Shown in pieces: positions 47,362 to 55,974 of a DNA stretch of 64,000 nucleotides. Every line of letters begins with the position of its first letter. Position 1 is the stretch's first letter. This stretch comes from an uncultured Candidatus Saccharibacteria bacterium (GTDB lineage Bacteria; Patescibacteriota; UBA1384; JACPKC01). Below the pieces are notes generated by a model. It did no database searches, was not told the DNA's origin, and was given only the letters and a program-made list of their open reading frames with translations. A program made the position numbers and the translations under genes. The stretch covers positions 82,128 through 146,127 of the forward strand of contig CAYRGD010000002.1 of assembly GCA_964423885.1 (NCBI GenBank). The letters are read 5' to 3'.

Positions 47362-47436
47362 TGGTGCCTGGGGTCAGAATCGAACTGACGACACGAGGCT
47401 CTTCAGGCCACTGCTCTACCACTGAGCTACCCAGGC
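47362..47436 (-). tRNA. tRNA-Phe (anticodon GAA)
   Basis: Reverse complement GCCTGGGTAGCTCAGTGGTAGAGCAGTGGCCTGAAGAGCCTCGTGTCGTCAGTTCGATTCTGACCCCAGGCACCA. Anticodon loop CUGAAGA. One U-U mismatch in the anticodon stem. Confidence 0.75.
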
Positions 47437-47445
47437 GTACGGTGC

Positions 47446-47522
47446 TGGTGGATCCACTCCGATTCGAACGGAGGACCTTCTCGGTGTAAACGAGACGCTC
47501 TAGCCAGCTGAGCTATGGATCC
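47446..47522 (-). tRNA. tRNA-Val (anticodon UAC)
   Basis: Reverse complement GGATCCATAGCTCAGCTGGCTAGAGCGTCTCGTTTACACCGAGAAGGTCCTCCGTTCGAATCGGAGTGGATCCACCA. Confidence 0.8.
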
Positions 47523-47528
47523 GGGTCT

Positions 47529-47615
47529 TGGTGGGCAGGAGAGGACTTGAACCTCCACGGGATTGCTCCCACAGCCCCCTCAAGGCTGCGTGTCTGCCAG
47601 TTTCACCACCTGCCC
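47529..47615 (-). tRNA. tRNA-Leu (anticodon GAG), type II
   Basis: Reverse complement GGGCAGGTGGTGAAACTGGCAGACACGCAGCCTTGAGGGGGCTGTGGGAGCAATCCCGTGGAGGTTCAAGTCCTCTCCTGCCCACCA. Confidence 0.8.
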
Positions 47616-47708
47616 AAGTATTCCGGACGGGTCGGAGTCTACCAGATCGCCGGGCGGGCTGCTAGCGCTTGCATGGGCCGCCGGCTCCTGATAGGATCCT
47701 TCCATTGC

Positions 47709-47727
47709 GTTTCCGGTTACCGGAAAC
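47709..47727 (+). promoter_or_regulatory. Perfect hairpin GTTTCCGG-tta-CCGGAAAC in the rpsA 5' leader, ~17 nt upstream of the RBS
   Basis: Read directly. 8-bp stem, 3-nt loop, immediately before AAAGGAA and the rpsA ATG at 47744. Confidence 0.35.
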
Positions 47728-47743
47728 CTCAAAGGAACTATCT

Positions 47744-48889
47744 ATGGCAACCGTATCAATGGAAGATATCGCCAAAGAACTTGGCGACGCGCTCATTCCG
47801 ATCAAGCACGGAATGACGATCAAGGGAACGGTCGTATCGGTGTCCCGAAGCCGGATCATCGTCGACCTCGACGGGATCGCACTGGGTCTTATTCCGGTGC
47901 GTGAGTTTTCGTCGACCGCCCAGGATCTGAAGTCAGGCGAGGAAGTATCGGCCTACGTCTTGGTGCAGGAAAACGACGACGGCTACGTTATTTTGTCGCT
48001 CCGCCGCGCCGACCGGGAACGGCACCTGGCCGCGCTCGAAGAAAGCTTCGACGCGAAGCAGCCGGTGACAGTCCGCGTCAAAGACATGAACCGAGGCGGG
48101 TTGGTGGTGCAGCACGGCAACATCGAAGGATTCCTGCCGATCTCCCAGCTGGCGTCACAGCACTACCCGCGCGGCGGCCGTGACCGGATCCAGGACGGGC
48201 TGCGGGTGCTTATCGGCAAGGAACTTCAGGTCAAGGTCATTACCTTCGAGCCGAAGGCGAACAAGATCATCTTTTCGGAAAAAGCTGCCGGCGATGCGCT
48301 GGCCGAGGAACGGGCACGTAAGCTCGCTATCGGTGAAGAGCTGCGCGGCACGGTGAGTGGCGTCGTCGATTTCGGCGTCTTCGTCAACTTGGGCGACATC
48401 GAAGGCCTGGTCCATATCTCGGAAATCTCGTGGGACCGCGTCCAAGACCTCGACCGCCTCTACAAGATCGGCGACGAGGTAAATGTCCAAGTCATTTCAG
48501 TTGAGGGCGGACGCGTGTCGCTGTCGATCAAGCGGCTGACGCCCGATCCGTGGCAGCAGGCGATCAACGCCTTCGAGCCCGGGCAAGCGGTACAGGGCCG
48601 GGTCGTACGCCTGTCGACCTTCGGCGCCTTCATCGAGATCGGCAAAGAGATTGTGGGACTCATGCATATTTCCGAGTTCGGGGTCTCGAGCCAAGAAGAA
48701 TTGGAAGCGGCGATCCATGTCGGCGACACCGACCAGTTCCAGATCCTGTCGATCGACAAGGATAACCGCAAGGTTGCGCTGGCCTATCCGGCGGATCGCC
48801 GGCCGGAATCGGCCAAGCGGGCAGCCGAGAGCCGCGAACGTGAACGCGCCGAGCGCAAGTCGGCGGCAGCCGAGCCTGCAGCCGCGTAA
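47744..48889 (+). CDS. rpsA: 30S ribosomal protein S1 (short form, four S1 domains)
   Basis: Start MATVSMEDIAKELGDA with RBS AAAGGAA. Repeated S1 domain motifs (G.V..V...G.FV.L..G..GL.HISE). An Arg/Glu-rich C-tail; 381 aa. Confidence 0.85.
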   Translation: MATVSMEDIAKELGDALIPIKHGMTIKGTVVSVSRSRIIVDLDGIALGLIPVREFSSTAQDLKSGEEVSAYVLVQENDDGYVILSLRRADRERHLAALEESFDAKQPVTVRVKDMNRGGLVVQHGNIEGFLPISQLASQHYPRGGRDRIQDGLRVLIGKELQVKVITFEPKANKIIFSEKAAGDALAEERARKLAIGEELRGTVSGVVDFGVFVNLGDIEGLVHISEISWDRVQDLDRLYKIGDEVNVQVISVEGGRVSLSIKRLTPDPWQQAINAFEPGQAVQGRVVRLSTFGAFIEIGKEIVGLMHISEFGVSSQEELEAAIHVGDTDQFQILSIDKDNRKVALAYPADRRPESAKRAAESRERERAERKSAAAEPAAA

Positions 48890-48918
48890 CCGGCCCGAGT
48901 CACTATAGTACCGATACG

Positions 48919-48955
48919 AAACGCGAGACCTGGAAAGGTCTCGCGTTTCTTTGTG
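48919..48955 (+). terminator. Rho-independent terminator AAACGCGAGACC-tggaaa-GGTCTCGCGTTTCTTTGTG
   Basis: 12-bp perfect stem plus T-rich tail, 30 nt after the rpsA stop. Confidence 0.75.
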
Positions 48956-49064
48956 ATCGCAACTGGCGTGATGGCGTGGGTCGACAATCGAATCTCGTAT
49001 TGATTGGAGATCCGCATCCGTACCATGGTCAAGTACGGATCGCCATCACGCCGCTTGCGGTCAC

Positions 49065-49126
49065 GTTTGCCGTACGAGCGGCGTTCGGTGAGGAGGGGAA
49101 CACCGGACGCCGCTCGTCATGCAAAC
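49065..49126. other. Long imperfect hairpin (~25 bp of stem in three nested segments; apical loop AGGAGGGGAA) in the convergent intergenic region; candidate structured RNA or REP-like element
   Basis: GTTTGC/GCAAAC outer stem, ACGAGCGGCG/CGCCGCTCGT inner 10-bp stem, TTCGGTG/CACCGGA apical stem, all read directly. Confidence 0.3.
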
Positions 49127-49205
49127 AACGTTCGTTCGATGAATAAAAGAAACGAGCGTTACTGTAGCATGCGGTTTGCGCTGTGTCAATGGGTCGAAAG
49201 AAAAA

Positions 49206-49222
49206 CCCGCCCTAGGGGCGGG
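49206..49222 (-). terminator. Terminator hairpin CCCGCCC-tag-GGGCGGG, followed on the minus strand by a T-run, for the PHP-domain gene
   Basis: Read directly. The stop codon of the 49212..50429 gene lies in the loop. Confidence 0.6.
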
Positions 49223-50429
49223 TGCTGAACCAGATCGGTGCCGAGACGGCATGCTTGCCATTGCCTAGCAACGCTTTCGCATACACGCAGACGACGGGCC
49301 GCGCTTGCCAGTCTTTGTAGGACACCAGCATGCCCCAGTGCTCCGACGCGCCCTGTAGCCGATGGGAGGTCTGTTCGAAATCGGCAACTGTCGATTTGCC
49401 CACGAAGACAAGCGAGATAGTCCGTACCGTGCCTTGTGGCCATACGCACGCCGCGTGGAAACACACGTCGTCCGCCGTATTAGCAGTCGACACCGCGAGC
49501 GTTTCACCCATCCGTACGCTCCGGTCGCCGTGCGATGCAACGAAACGGATCGAAGCGCCGGGCTGTTCGGTTGCGAACGTCCGTCGGGCGGCCATCGCTT
49601 CGATGACAGCGCTCGGTGATCTGTTCGTGACGTAGCATCCGGTTACCGTTGGTACGCCGCCGAACGGCAGCAGGTGGCGGTCGCCGCCGTTGTACGGACT
49701 GACCCGCCAGCCCTTGCGGAGCAGCTCGCGGAAACAGGCTTCGTTACTCGAGCGCAGCTCACGGCCGTTACCGAGCCCCTTGTCGCCAAGGTCGAGGCCG
49801 TGGCTGTACAGCTCGCAGCCCACGATGTGGTCGATGTCGCGTTGGTTGCGTGGAGCGGCGAACCCGCCGAACGACTCTTCTTCCATGTAGAGGCTCGGGT
49901 GCGCAAAGACAGCCATCCCTCCCGCTTGGGCACCGAGCCAATCCAGGAATTCCCAATATGTTCGTACGAACGTGGGAGGATTGCCGTTTCCAAAACGTTT
50001 CCGTCCGCAAAACGTATCCGTATTGAGGACGATCAGGTGGCCCCAGCCGTGCTGGTAGGCAGGGTTCTTCGCAGTGAATTGGGTCAGGTCATCGGTGCCG
50101 GTGACTTCGAAGCCGCGCAGGCAGAGTTTGCCGCCCTGCGTCGAGCGGGTTGCGAGCAGCCTTTCGCCGGCCCATTCCTCTTCGGTGAGATGCTCGCCGT
50201 GGTCGGTGAGCACCAAGCCGTCGAGCGTCTTCTGGTTCGCCGCCACTACGTCGCCGGGTTCGCTGCCCGGCCCTGTGGCATCGGACAGTGAGGTGTGTGT
50301 ATGGGTATTGAGGTAGATAGCGGTACAGTCCGCGAACGCGGTGTCCGGGTTCGGGGCCGAGAGCGGGTCGGCAGCGTGCAACGAGACGGCCACGACACAC
50401 AGGAGCAGAGCGCAAAGCGCTTTTCTCAT
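49212..50429 (-). CDS. Secreted PHP-domain / CehA-McbA-family metal-dependent phosphoesterase
   Basis: MRKALCALLLCVVAVSLHAADP (signal peptide) ... LNTHTHTSLSDATG is the PHP motif I HxH...SD(G). Further conserved His/Asp residues (AHPS..., GNGNPP...). 405 aa. Confidence 0.6.
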   Translation of the reverse strand: MRKALCALLLCVVAVSLHAADPLSAPNPDTAFADCTAIYLNTHTHTSLSDATGPGSEPGDVVAANQKTLDGLVLTDHGEHLTEEEWAGERLLATRSTQGGKLCLRGFEVTGTDDLTQFTAKNPAYQHGWGHLIVLNTDTFCGRKRFGNGNPPTFVRTYWEFLDWLGAQAGGMAVFAHPSLYMEEESFGGFAAPRNQRDIDHIVGCELYSHGLDLGDKGLGNGRELRSSNEACFRELLRKGWRVSPYNGGDRHLLPFGGVPTVTGCYVTNRSPSAVIEAMAARRTFATEQPGASIRFVASHGDRSVRMGETLAVSTANTADDVCFHAACVWPQGTVRTISLVFVGKSTVADFEQTSHRLQGASEHWGMLVSYKDWQARPVVCVYAKALLGNGKHAVSAPIWFSTRP

Positions 50430-50535
50430 TCTTCCGTATTCCCTTCTGTTAAGTGCGCGCCATGAAACCAGAACGGCGGTACCGGGTCAAGCGCCCTTCA
50501 TTTCGGGCCACGCATCGGCTACACTCAAAAACGCA

Positions 50536-51030
50536 ATGACGATCACTGCCACAGCTACCGCCTGTACGGTCAAGACCAAGAGCTCGCAACTGTCGATCGC
50601 GATCGGCCGTGACGACGAACGGTCGTACGCCATCAATGACGTCGTGCTGCCCGGCCCTGGCGAGTACGAGGTTGGCGAGCTGTTCGCCGAGGTGAGCCCT
50701 GCGCTCGCCCACTTCCATATCGAAGATATCGTGCTGGTCGTCCGTCGCGACGACGGTAGTCCGATTACGAGCGCCGATTTCGAGCAGATCGAGCGCGCCG
50801 ACGTGCTACTGCTTGTCCATGGCGGCGGTGCCGATACGGCGCCGCTCGCCGAGGCGCTCAAGCTGTCGGCGAAAATCGAGCCGAAAGAGATCCTGATCGT
50901 CGGTGCCAGCCCGGCCGAGCTCGAACAGGTGTTGGCCGGCCGTTCCAGTGAAACGGCAGATACGCTGAAAGTGACTGCGAAAGACCTGCCCGAGGAGGGG
51001 CAGCGGATCGTTTTGCTTTCCGGCAAATGA
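50536..51030 (+). CDS. Hypothetical protein (164 aa), weakly UPF0173/MBL-fold-like in its C-terminal half; ATGA-coupled to nrnA
   Basis: Start MTITATATACTVKTKSS at 50536. ...ADVLLLVHGGGADTAPLAEALKLSAKIEPKEILIVG... resembles the C-terminal block of UPF0173 metal-dependent hydrolases. The HxHxDH motif is absent. Confidence 0.35.
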   Translation: MTITATATACTVKTKSSQLSIAIGRDDERSYAINDVVLPGPGEYEVGELFAEVSPALAHFHIEDIVLVVRRDDGSPITSADFEQIERADVLLLVHGGGADTAPLAEALKLSAKIEPKEILIVGASPAELEQVLAGRSSETADTLKVTAKDLPEEGQRIVLLSGK

Positions 51031-52055
51031 CCGCCGACGCCGCAGCGATCCTCCGCGCCGCCGATACCCATGTGCTCGTGACGCACGTCGAGCCGGACGG
51101 TGACGCGGCCGGTACGGCGCTCGCCCTCGGCCATGCGCTGCGCTCGCTTGGAAAGCGCGTCACGCTCCTGTGTGTCGACCCGATCCCGCCCGCGTTCCGG
51201 TTTCTGCCTGGCTGGGATGCCTTCCAGCGGGACTGCATGTTCGGCGACGTCGACGTCGTGACCGTGATCGACTGCGGCGACCTCAAGCGGACAGGGATCG
51301 GCGAGCGCCTGCGGAGTGTCGGCCAGGGCCGCCGCCGGATCCTCAACATCGACCACCACCAGCGGAACGACCTGCACAAGGTCGCTCACCACAATTACGT
51401 CGATACCGCGGCTTCGTCCGCCGCCGAGCTCGTACTGCCGCTAATCAAAGCGCTTGGCGCGCCGATCACGAAGGATATCGCGACCTGCCTGCTGACGGGC
51501 CTGTACTACGATACCGGCGGATTCAAACACTCGAACACGAGCGAACGGGTGCTGCGCCAGGCGAGCGAGCTGCTCGCCGCCGGGGCGAGGCTCAAGCATA
51601 TCCGTCACTTTGTCTCGTCGTACCGGTCGGTTCCGTCGCTGAGGCTCTGGGGACTGGCGCTGTCGCGGATCCATTACCACGAGCGGTTACGGATCGTCGC
51701 GTCGGTGCTCACTGCCGCCGATTTCGCGGCCTGCGATGCCTCGCCGGAAGATATGGCCGGCTGCGTCAACCTGCTCAACTGCGTGCCCGAAGCCGCCGCC
51801 GCGATCCTTGTCGCCGAGCTGCCTGACGGTACGCTCCGTGCCTCGCTCCGTACCGAGCGCGATGCGGTCGACGTCGGTGCGTTGGCCCAGCTGTTTGGGG
51901 GCGGCGGCATCCGGAAAGCGGCCGGGTTCGCGCTCAAGGGCCAGTTGCTCCGTAGTGGCAGCGGGGAATGGTCGGTTGCCTTACCTAGCCCCGGGCCGGT
52001 CGAGCTCGTCGCCCTTCCCGTGCCCGCCCGCGCACTCGCACATGTATCCGCCTAG
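51027..52055 (+). CDS. nrnA: DHH-DHHA1 phosphoesterase (NrnA-type oligoribonuclease / pAp phosphatase)
   Basis: ...HVEPDGDAAGTAL... LNIDHHQRND is the DHH motif ... FGGGGIRKAAGFAL is the DHHA1 GGGH-like motif; 342 aa. Confidence 0.8.
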   Translation: MTADAAAILRAADTHVLVTHVEPDGDAAGTALALGHALRSLGKRVTLLCVDPIPPAFRFLPGWDAFQRDCMFGDVDVVTVIDCGDLKRTGIGERLRSVGQGRRRILNIDHHQRNDLHKVAHHNYVDTAASSAAELVLPLIKALGAPITKDIATCLLTGLYYDTGGFKHSNTSERVLRQASELLAAGARLKHIRHFVSSYRSVPSLRLWGLALSRIHYHERLRIVASVLTAADFAACDASPEDMAGCVNLLNCVPEAAAAILVAELPDGTLRASLRTERDAVDVGALAQLFGGGGIRKAAGFALKGQLLRSGSGEWSVALPSPGPVELVALPVPARALAHVSA

Positions 52056-52101
52056 TGGGCACGCATTCCGCCTGGTATACTTGCCTTCGGCTGACCACGT
52101 C

Positions 52102-52187
52102 GCTGGCGTGGCGGAACGGTAGACGCAGAGGACTTAAAATCCTCCGGGGGCGACCTCGTGCAGGTTCGAGTCCTGCCGCCAGCACCA
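52102..52187 (+). tRNA. tRNA-Leu (anticodon UAA), type II
   Basis: GCTGGCGTGGCGGAACGGTAGACGCAGAGGACTTAAAATCCTCCGGGGGCGACCTCGTGCAGGTTCGAGTCCTGCCGCCAGCACCA. Confidence 0.85.
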
Positions 52188-52200
52188 CGGGAAGGAACCC

Positions 52201-52848
52201 ATGACGCAACGGGCATTGCTCCAACTGGCGCTCGCCGGCGTCGTCTGTACGGCGGCGCTTGTGACCGTGCTCGTCGGATTTCCAGCGATCTTTGCCGAAA
52301 TCCGGTACCCGCTGGTGTACGAAGATATTATCATCAAGGAATCGGCCGACCATGACCTTGACCCGTTCCTGGTGGCGGCGGTCATTTACGCCGAGAGCCA
52401 CTACAATCCCAAGGCGCAATCCCCGGTGGGCGCCCGCGGACTCATGCAGCTCATGCCGTTGACCGCGGCGGGTATCGCCCGCAAGCTCGGGGACGACAGC
52501 TTCACTATCAGCAAGCTCTTCGACCCTGCCACGAATATCGAGTACGGCACGTTCCACCTGCAGGGCCTCATGGGTAGGTACGATGGTGCTGTCGCCCCGG
52601 CGGTCGTCGCGTACAACGGTGGCGGCGGAGCCGGCGATCAGTACCGGGCCGGCAACCTCGGGCGGGTGCCGGCGGAAAGCCTTGCCTACGTGAAACGTGT
52701 TTTGGAGGTCAAAACCGCGTACGAACAGCTCTACCAGCTGCAACTGACCGGCGTCGATCCGTTCGCGCGCAAGGAAACGACCACGACGATCGCGACCCAA
52801 GTCTTGTCGGTGATCCAGCAGACCGTCACGACTCGCCTCGGCCAGTAA
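52201..52848 (+). CDS. Lytic transglycosylase (SLT domain, MltE-like), membrane-anchored
   Basis: ...AVIYAESHYNPKAQSPVGARGLMQLMPLTA... matches the SLT catalytic ES...GLMQ motif. N-terminal TM. RBS GGAAGGA. Confidence 0.8.
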   Translation: MTQRALLQLALAGVVCTAALVTVLVGFPAIFAEIRYPLVYEDIIIKESADHDLDPFLVAAVIYAESHYNPKAQSPVGARGLMQLMPLTAAGIARKLGDDSFTISKLFDPATNIEYGTFHLQGLMGRYDGAVAPAVVAYNGGGGAGDQYRAGNLGRVPAESLAYVKRVLEVKTAYEQLYQLQLTGVDPFARKETTTTIATQVLSVIQQTVTTRLGQ

Positions 52849-52864
52849 TCCCAAAGGACCCGCT

Positions 52865-54679
52865 ATGAACCACAAAGAACTCCGTGCTGCGTTTCTCTCG
52901 TTCTACGAGGACCGCGGGCACATCGAGATCCCCCAGGCGTCGCTCGTACCGCTACAGGACACCTCGGTGCTGTTCACGACCGCGGGCATGCATCCGCTCA
53001 TACCGTACCTGCTGGGTGAGCAGCACCCAGACGGCACCCGCCTCGTCAACGTCCAGCGCAGCCTGCGCACGACCGACATCGACGAGGTCGGCGACGATAC
53101 TCACGGCACCTTTTTCGAGATGCTCGGCCACTGGTCGCTCGGCGACTACTGGAAGCGCGAGGCGATTTCCTGGAGCTACGAATTCGTCACGAACGTGCTT
53201 GGTTTGCCGACCGAGCGGTTGGCCGCCACCGTTTTTGCCGGCGATCCGGCCAAGGGCGTGCCGCTCGATACCGAAGCGCAGGGGATCTGGCAGGAGCTCG
53301 GCGTGACCAGGATCGCCGCGCTCGGCGACGACAACTGGTGGGGCCCGGTGCACGCGACTGGCCCGTGCGGCCCGACGACCGAAATCTTCGTCCACGTCGG
53401 ACCGGACGGTTGCCCCGACAGCTGTGTGCCAGGTTCGGCGACCGACAACCACTGGGTGGAAATCTGGAACAACGTCTTCATGGAATACAACCGGACGGCA
53501 GACGGCACGGTCGAACCGCTTGCCCAGCGCAACATCGATACCGGCGTCGGGCTTGAGCGGGTACTGATGACCGTCAACGGCCTGGGCAGTATCTACGAGA
53601 CGGATCTCTACCGGCCGATCGTGGCAGCCGTCTCGTCAGACGCGCTCGCCCACGCCGACCGACATGTCCGCGTTGTTGCCGACCACGTCCGCGCCTCGGT
53701 GTTCCTGCTGGCCGACGGCGTTTTACCGGGCAACAAAGACCGCGGCTACATCCTGCGCCGGCTTATCCGCCGCGCGGTCCAGGCGGCCCGGGCGCTCGGC
53801 TTTAGCGACTGGCAGCTGGTGATCGAGGCGGTGATCGGCGCGTACGGCAGCGACTACCCGTACCTGCTCGAGGCCGATATCGTCTCCCCGTTCCTGGCTG
53901 AGCAGCAGCTCTTCGCTGCCCAGCTCGGTCGGGCGACCGAGTTCCTGGATAAGGCGCTGGCCCGGAGGGACGCACTGTCGCCGAGCGATGCGGCAGATCT
54001 TGCCTTCCTGGCTCACCAGAGCCATGCCTTGCCGCTCGAGCTGAGCTTGGAGCTCTTTACCGAGCGCGGTTTTGCCTTGGACGCTATAGCGTACACGGCC
54101 GCCCTCGACGCCTTGCAGTCCGAACACCGCGCTGTGTCGGCGGCCGGCCAAGAAAAGAAATTCGGCGGCCACGGCCTGCTGCTCGATACGGGCGAGCTCA
54201 AGGCTGGCAACGAAGCCGAGCTGTCCCAAGTACTGCGCCTGCACACCGCGACCCACCTGCTCCAGGCAGCACTCCGAGCCGTACTGGGCAACCATATTGA
54301 ACAGCGCGGGTCGGACATCACCCCCGAGCGGCTGCGGTTCGACTTCAAGCATGGCGACAAGCTGACCGACGAGCAGCGCACGGCGGTCGAGGCTTGGGTG
54401 AACGACGCGGTCGCGCGCGACCTGCCGGTGCAGTTCGCCGAACTGCCGCTCGCCGAGGCGGAACGCAGCGGCGCGCTCCACTTTTTCGGCCACAAATACC
54501 CGCCGACGGTCAAGGTGTATTTCGTGGGTGACAGTCTCGACACGGCGATCTCCAGGGAGTTCTGCGGCGGGCCGCACGTGGCGCATACTGGCCTCATCGG
54601 TCATTTCCGTATCCAGAAGGAGCAGTCAGCATCCGCCGGCATCCGTCGGATCAAGGCGGTAGTCGAACCGGCCGCGTAA
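52865..54679 (+). CDS. alaS: Alanine--tRNA ligase, short form (catalytic + tRNA-recognition + editing domains; C-Ala/DHHA1-like C-terminal domain absent)
   Basis: MNHKELRAAFLSFYEDRGHIEIPQASLVP...FTTAGMHP...HGTFFEMLGHWSLGDYWK... matches class-II AlaRS motifs. ...HTATHLLQ... and ...FCGGPHV... match the editing-domain HxxxH and CxxxH. 604 aa versus ~870 aa for canonical bacterial AlaRS. Confidence 0.85.
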   Translation: MNHKELRAAFLSFYEDRGHIEIPQASLVPLQDTSVLFTTAGMHPLIPYLLGEQHPDGTRLVNVQRSLRTTDIDEVGDDTHGTFFEMLGHWSLGDYWKREAISWSYEFVTNVLGLPTERLAATVFAGDPAKGVPLDTEAQGIWQELGVTRIAALGDDNWWGPVHATGPCGPTTEIFVHVGPDGCPDSCVPGSATDNHWVEIWNNVFMEYNRTADGTVEPLAQRNIDTGVGLERVLMTVNGLGSIYETDLYRPIVAAVSSDALAHADRHVRVVADHVRASVFLLADGVLPGNKDRGYILRRLIRRAVQAARALGFSDWQLVIEAVIGAYGSDYPYLLEADIVSPFLAEQQLFAAQLGRATEFLDKALARRDALSPSDAADLAFLAHQSHALPLELSLELFTERGFALDAIAYTAALDALQSEHRAVSAAGQEKKFGGHGLLLDTGELKAGNEAELSQVLRLHTATHLLQAALRAVLGNHIEQRGSDITPERLRFDFKHGDKLTDEQRTAVEAWVNDAVARDLPVQFAELPLAEAERSGALHFFGHKYPPTVKVYFVGDSLDTAISREFCGGPHVAHTGLIGHFRIQKEQSASAGIRRIKAVVEPAA

Positions 54680-54723
54680 GGTCTGGTATACTGCTCGCAC
54701 AAGCACGCAAGGAGGGCAAACAC

Positions 54724-55974
54724 GTGTTCGGGTTCGGCAAACAGCAGCGGACGCAGGATCTCCAAGCCATCTCGCTCGACATCGGCACCGAGTTCGTCAA
54801 GGCGCTTATTTTCGAGGTGCGCGACGGCATCGCCCAGGTGATCGGCGTCGGCAAACAGCGGCAGCGCCTGTCGGACATGCAGGGCGGTACGGTCACCGAT
54901 ATCCACGGCGTGATCGGCAACTGCGAGAAGGCCCTCGAAATGGCAGCCGAGCAGGCCAAGATCTTGCCCGACCAAGTGATCCTCGGTATCGCGGGCGAAC
55001 TCGTCAAAGGGACAACGACCACGATCAAGTATGTCCGGACCGAGCCCTTGCAGAAGGTGTCGGTCGAAGAGCTGCAGGATATCCTCGACCAAGTCCAGCG
55101 ACGGGCGCACGAACGGGCCAAGTCCGTGCTCGCCTGGGAAACGGGCCAGGCCGAGATCGACGTGCGGCTCGTGAACGCGGCGATCGTCGACGTGCGGATC
55201 GACGGGTACAAAGTGACGAACCCGATCGGGTTCCAGGGCCGCGAAATCCAGGTCGGCATCTATTCCGCGTTCGCGCCGGTCGTCCATCTGGGGGCGCTCC
55301 AGACCATTGCCGAAGAATTAAGCCTCGACCTGTTATCCGTGGCCGCCGAGCCGTACGCGGTCGCCCGCATCATGGGGCCCGACGAGTCGAGCGAGTTCTC
55401 GGCGATCTTCATCGACGTCGGCGGCGGCACGACCGATATCGCCGTGGTCAACAACGGCGGTCTCATCGGCACCAAGATGTACGCGATCGGCGGCCGGGCG
55501 TTCACGAAGCGGCTGGTCAACGTCCTTGGGGCCGGGTTCGCCCAGGCCGAGGAACGGAAGCTGGCCTACTCGGCCCATGAGCTCGGGAAGACCGAGACGG
55601 CCGATATCCGCGCCGCGTTGCAAACAGATATCGAGGTCTGGCTGTCGGGCATCGAGCTGACGCTGTCGGAATTCACGAACGTCGATCTGTTGCCCTCGCG
55701 GATCCTGCTTTGCGGCGGCGGCAGCAACCTGCCGGACATCGCGGCTGCCCTCAAAAGCACGCACTGGGGCAAACGCCTCCCGTTCGCCCGCCGCCCGACC
55801 GTGCACTTCATGAAGCCGAGCGAGGTGCAGACGGTCAAGGATACGACCGGCCAGCTGACGACCGTGCAGGACATCACGCCGATGGCGCTCGCGAACCTGG
55901 CGATCGACCTGGTGGGCCATTCGACGCCCAGCCAGAGCGTGCTGCGGCGTCTCGTATCTTCGGTGGGGGCATGA
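54724..55974 (+). CDS. ftsA: Cell division protein FtsA
   Basis: GTG start after AAGGAGGG. ...ISLDIGTEFVKALIF... is actin-fold phosphate-1. ...FIDVGGGTTDIAVV... is phosphate-2; 416 aa. Confidence 0.85.
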   Translation: MFGFGKQQRTQDLQAISLDIGTEFVKALIFEVRDGIAQVIGVGKQRQRLSDMQGGTVTDIHGVIGNCEKALEMAAEQAKILPDQVILGIAGELVKGTTTTIKYVRTEPLQKVSVEELQDILDQVQRRAHERAKSVLAWETGQAEIDVRLVNAAIVDVRIDGYKVTNPIGFQGREIQVGIYSAFAPVVHLGALQTIAEELSLDLLSVAAEPYAVARIMGPDESSEFSAIFIDVGGGTTDIAVVNNGGLIGTKMYAIGGRAFTKRLVNVLGAGFAQAEERKLAYSAHELGKTETADIRAALQTDIEVWLSGIELTLSEFTNVDLLPSRILLCGGGSNLPDIAAALKSTHWGKRLPFARRPTVHFMKPSEVQTVKDTTGQLTTVQDITPMALANLAIDLVGHSTPSQSVLRRLVSSVGA

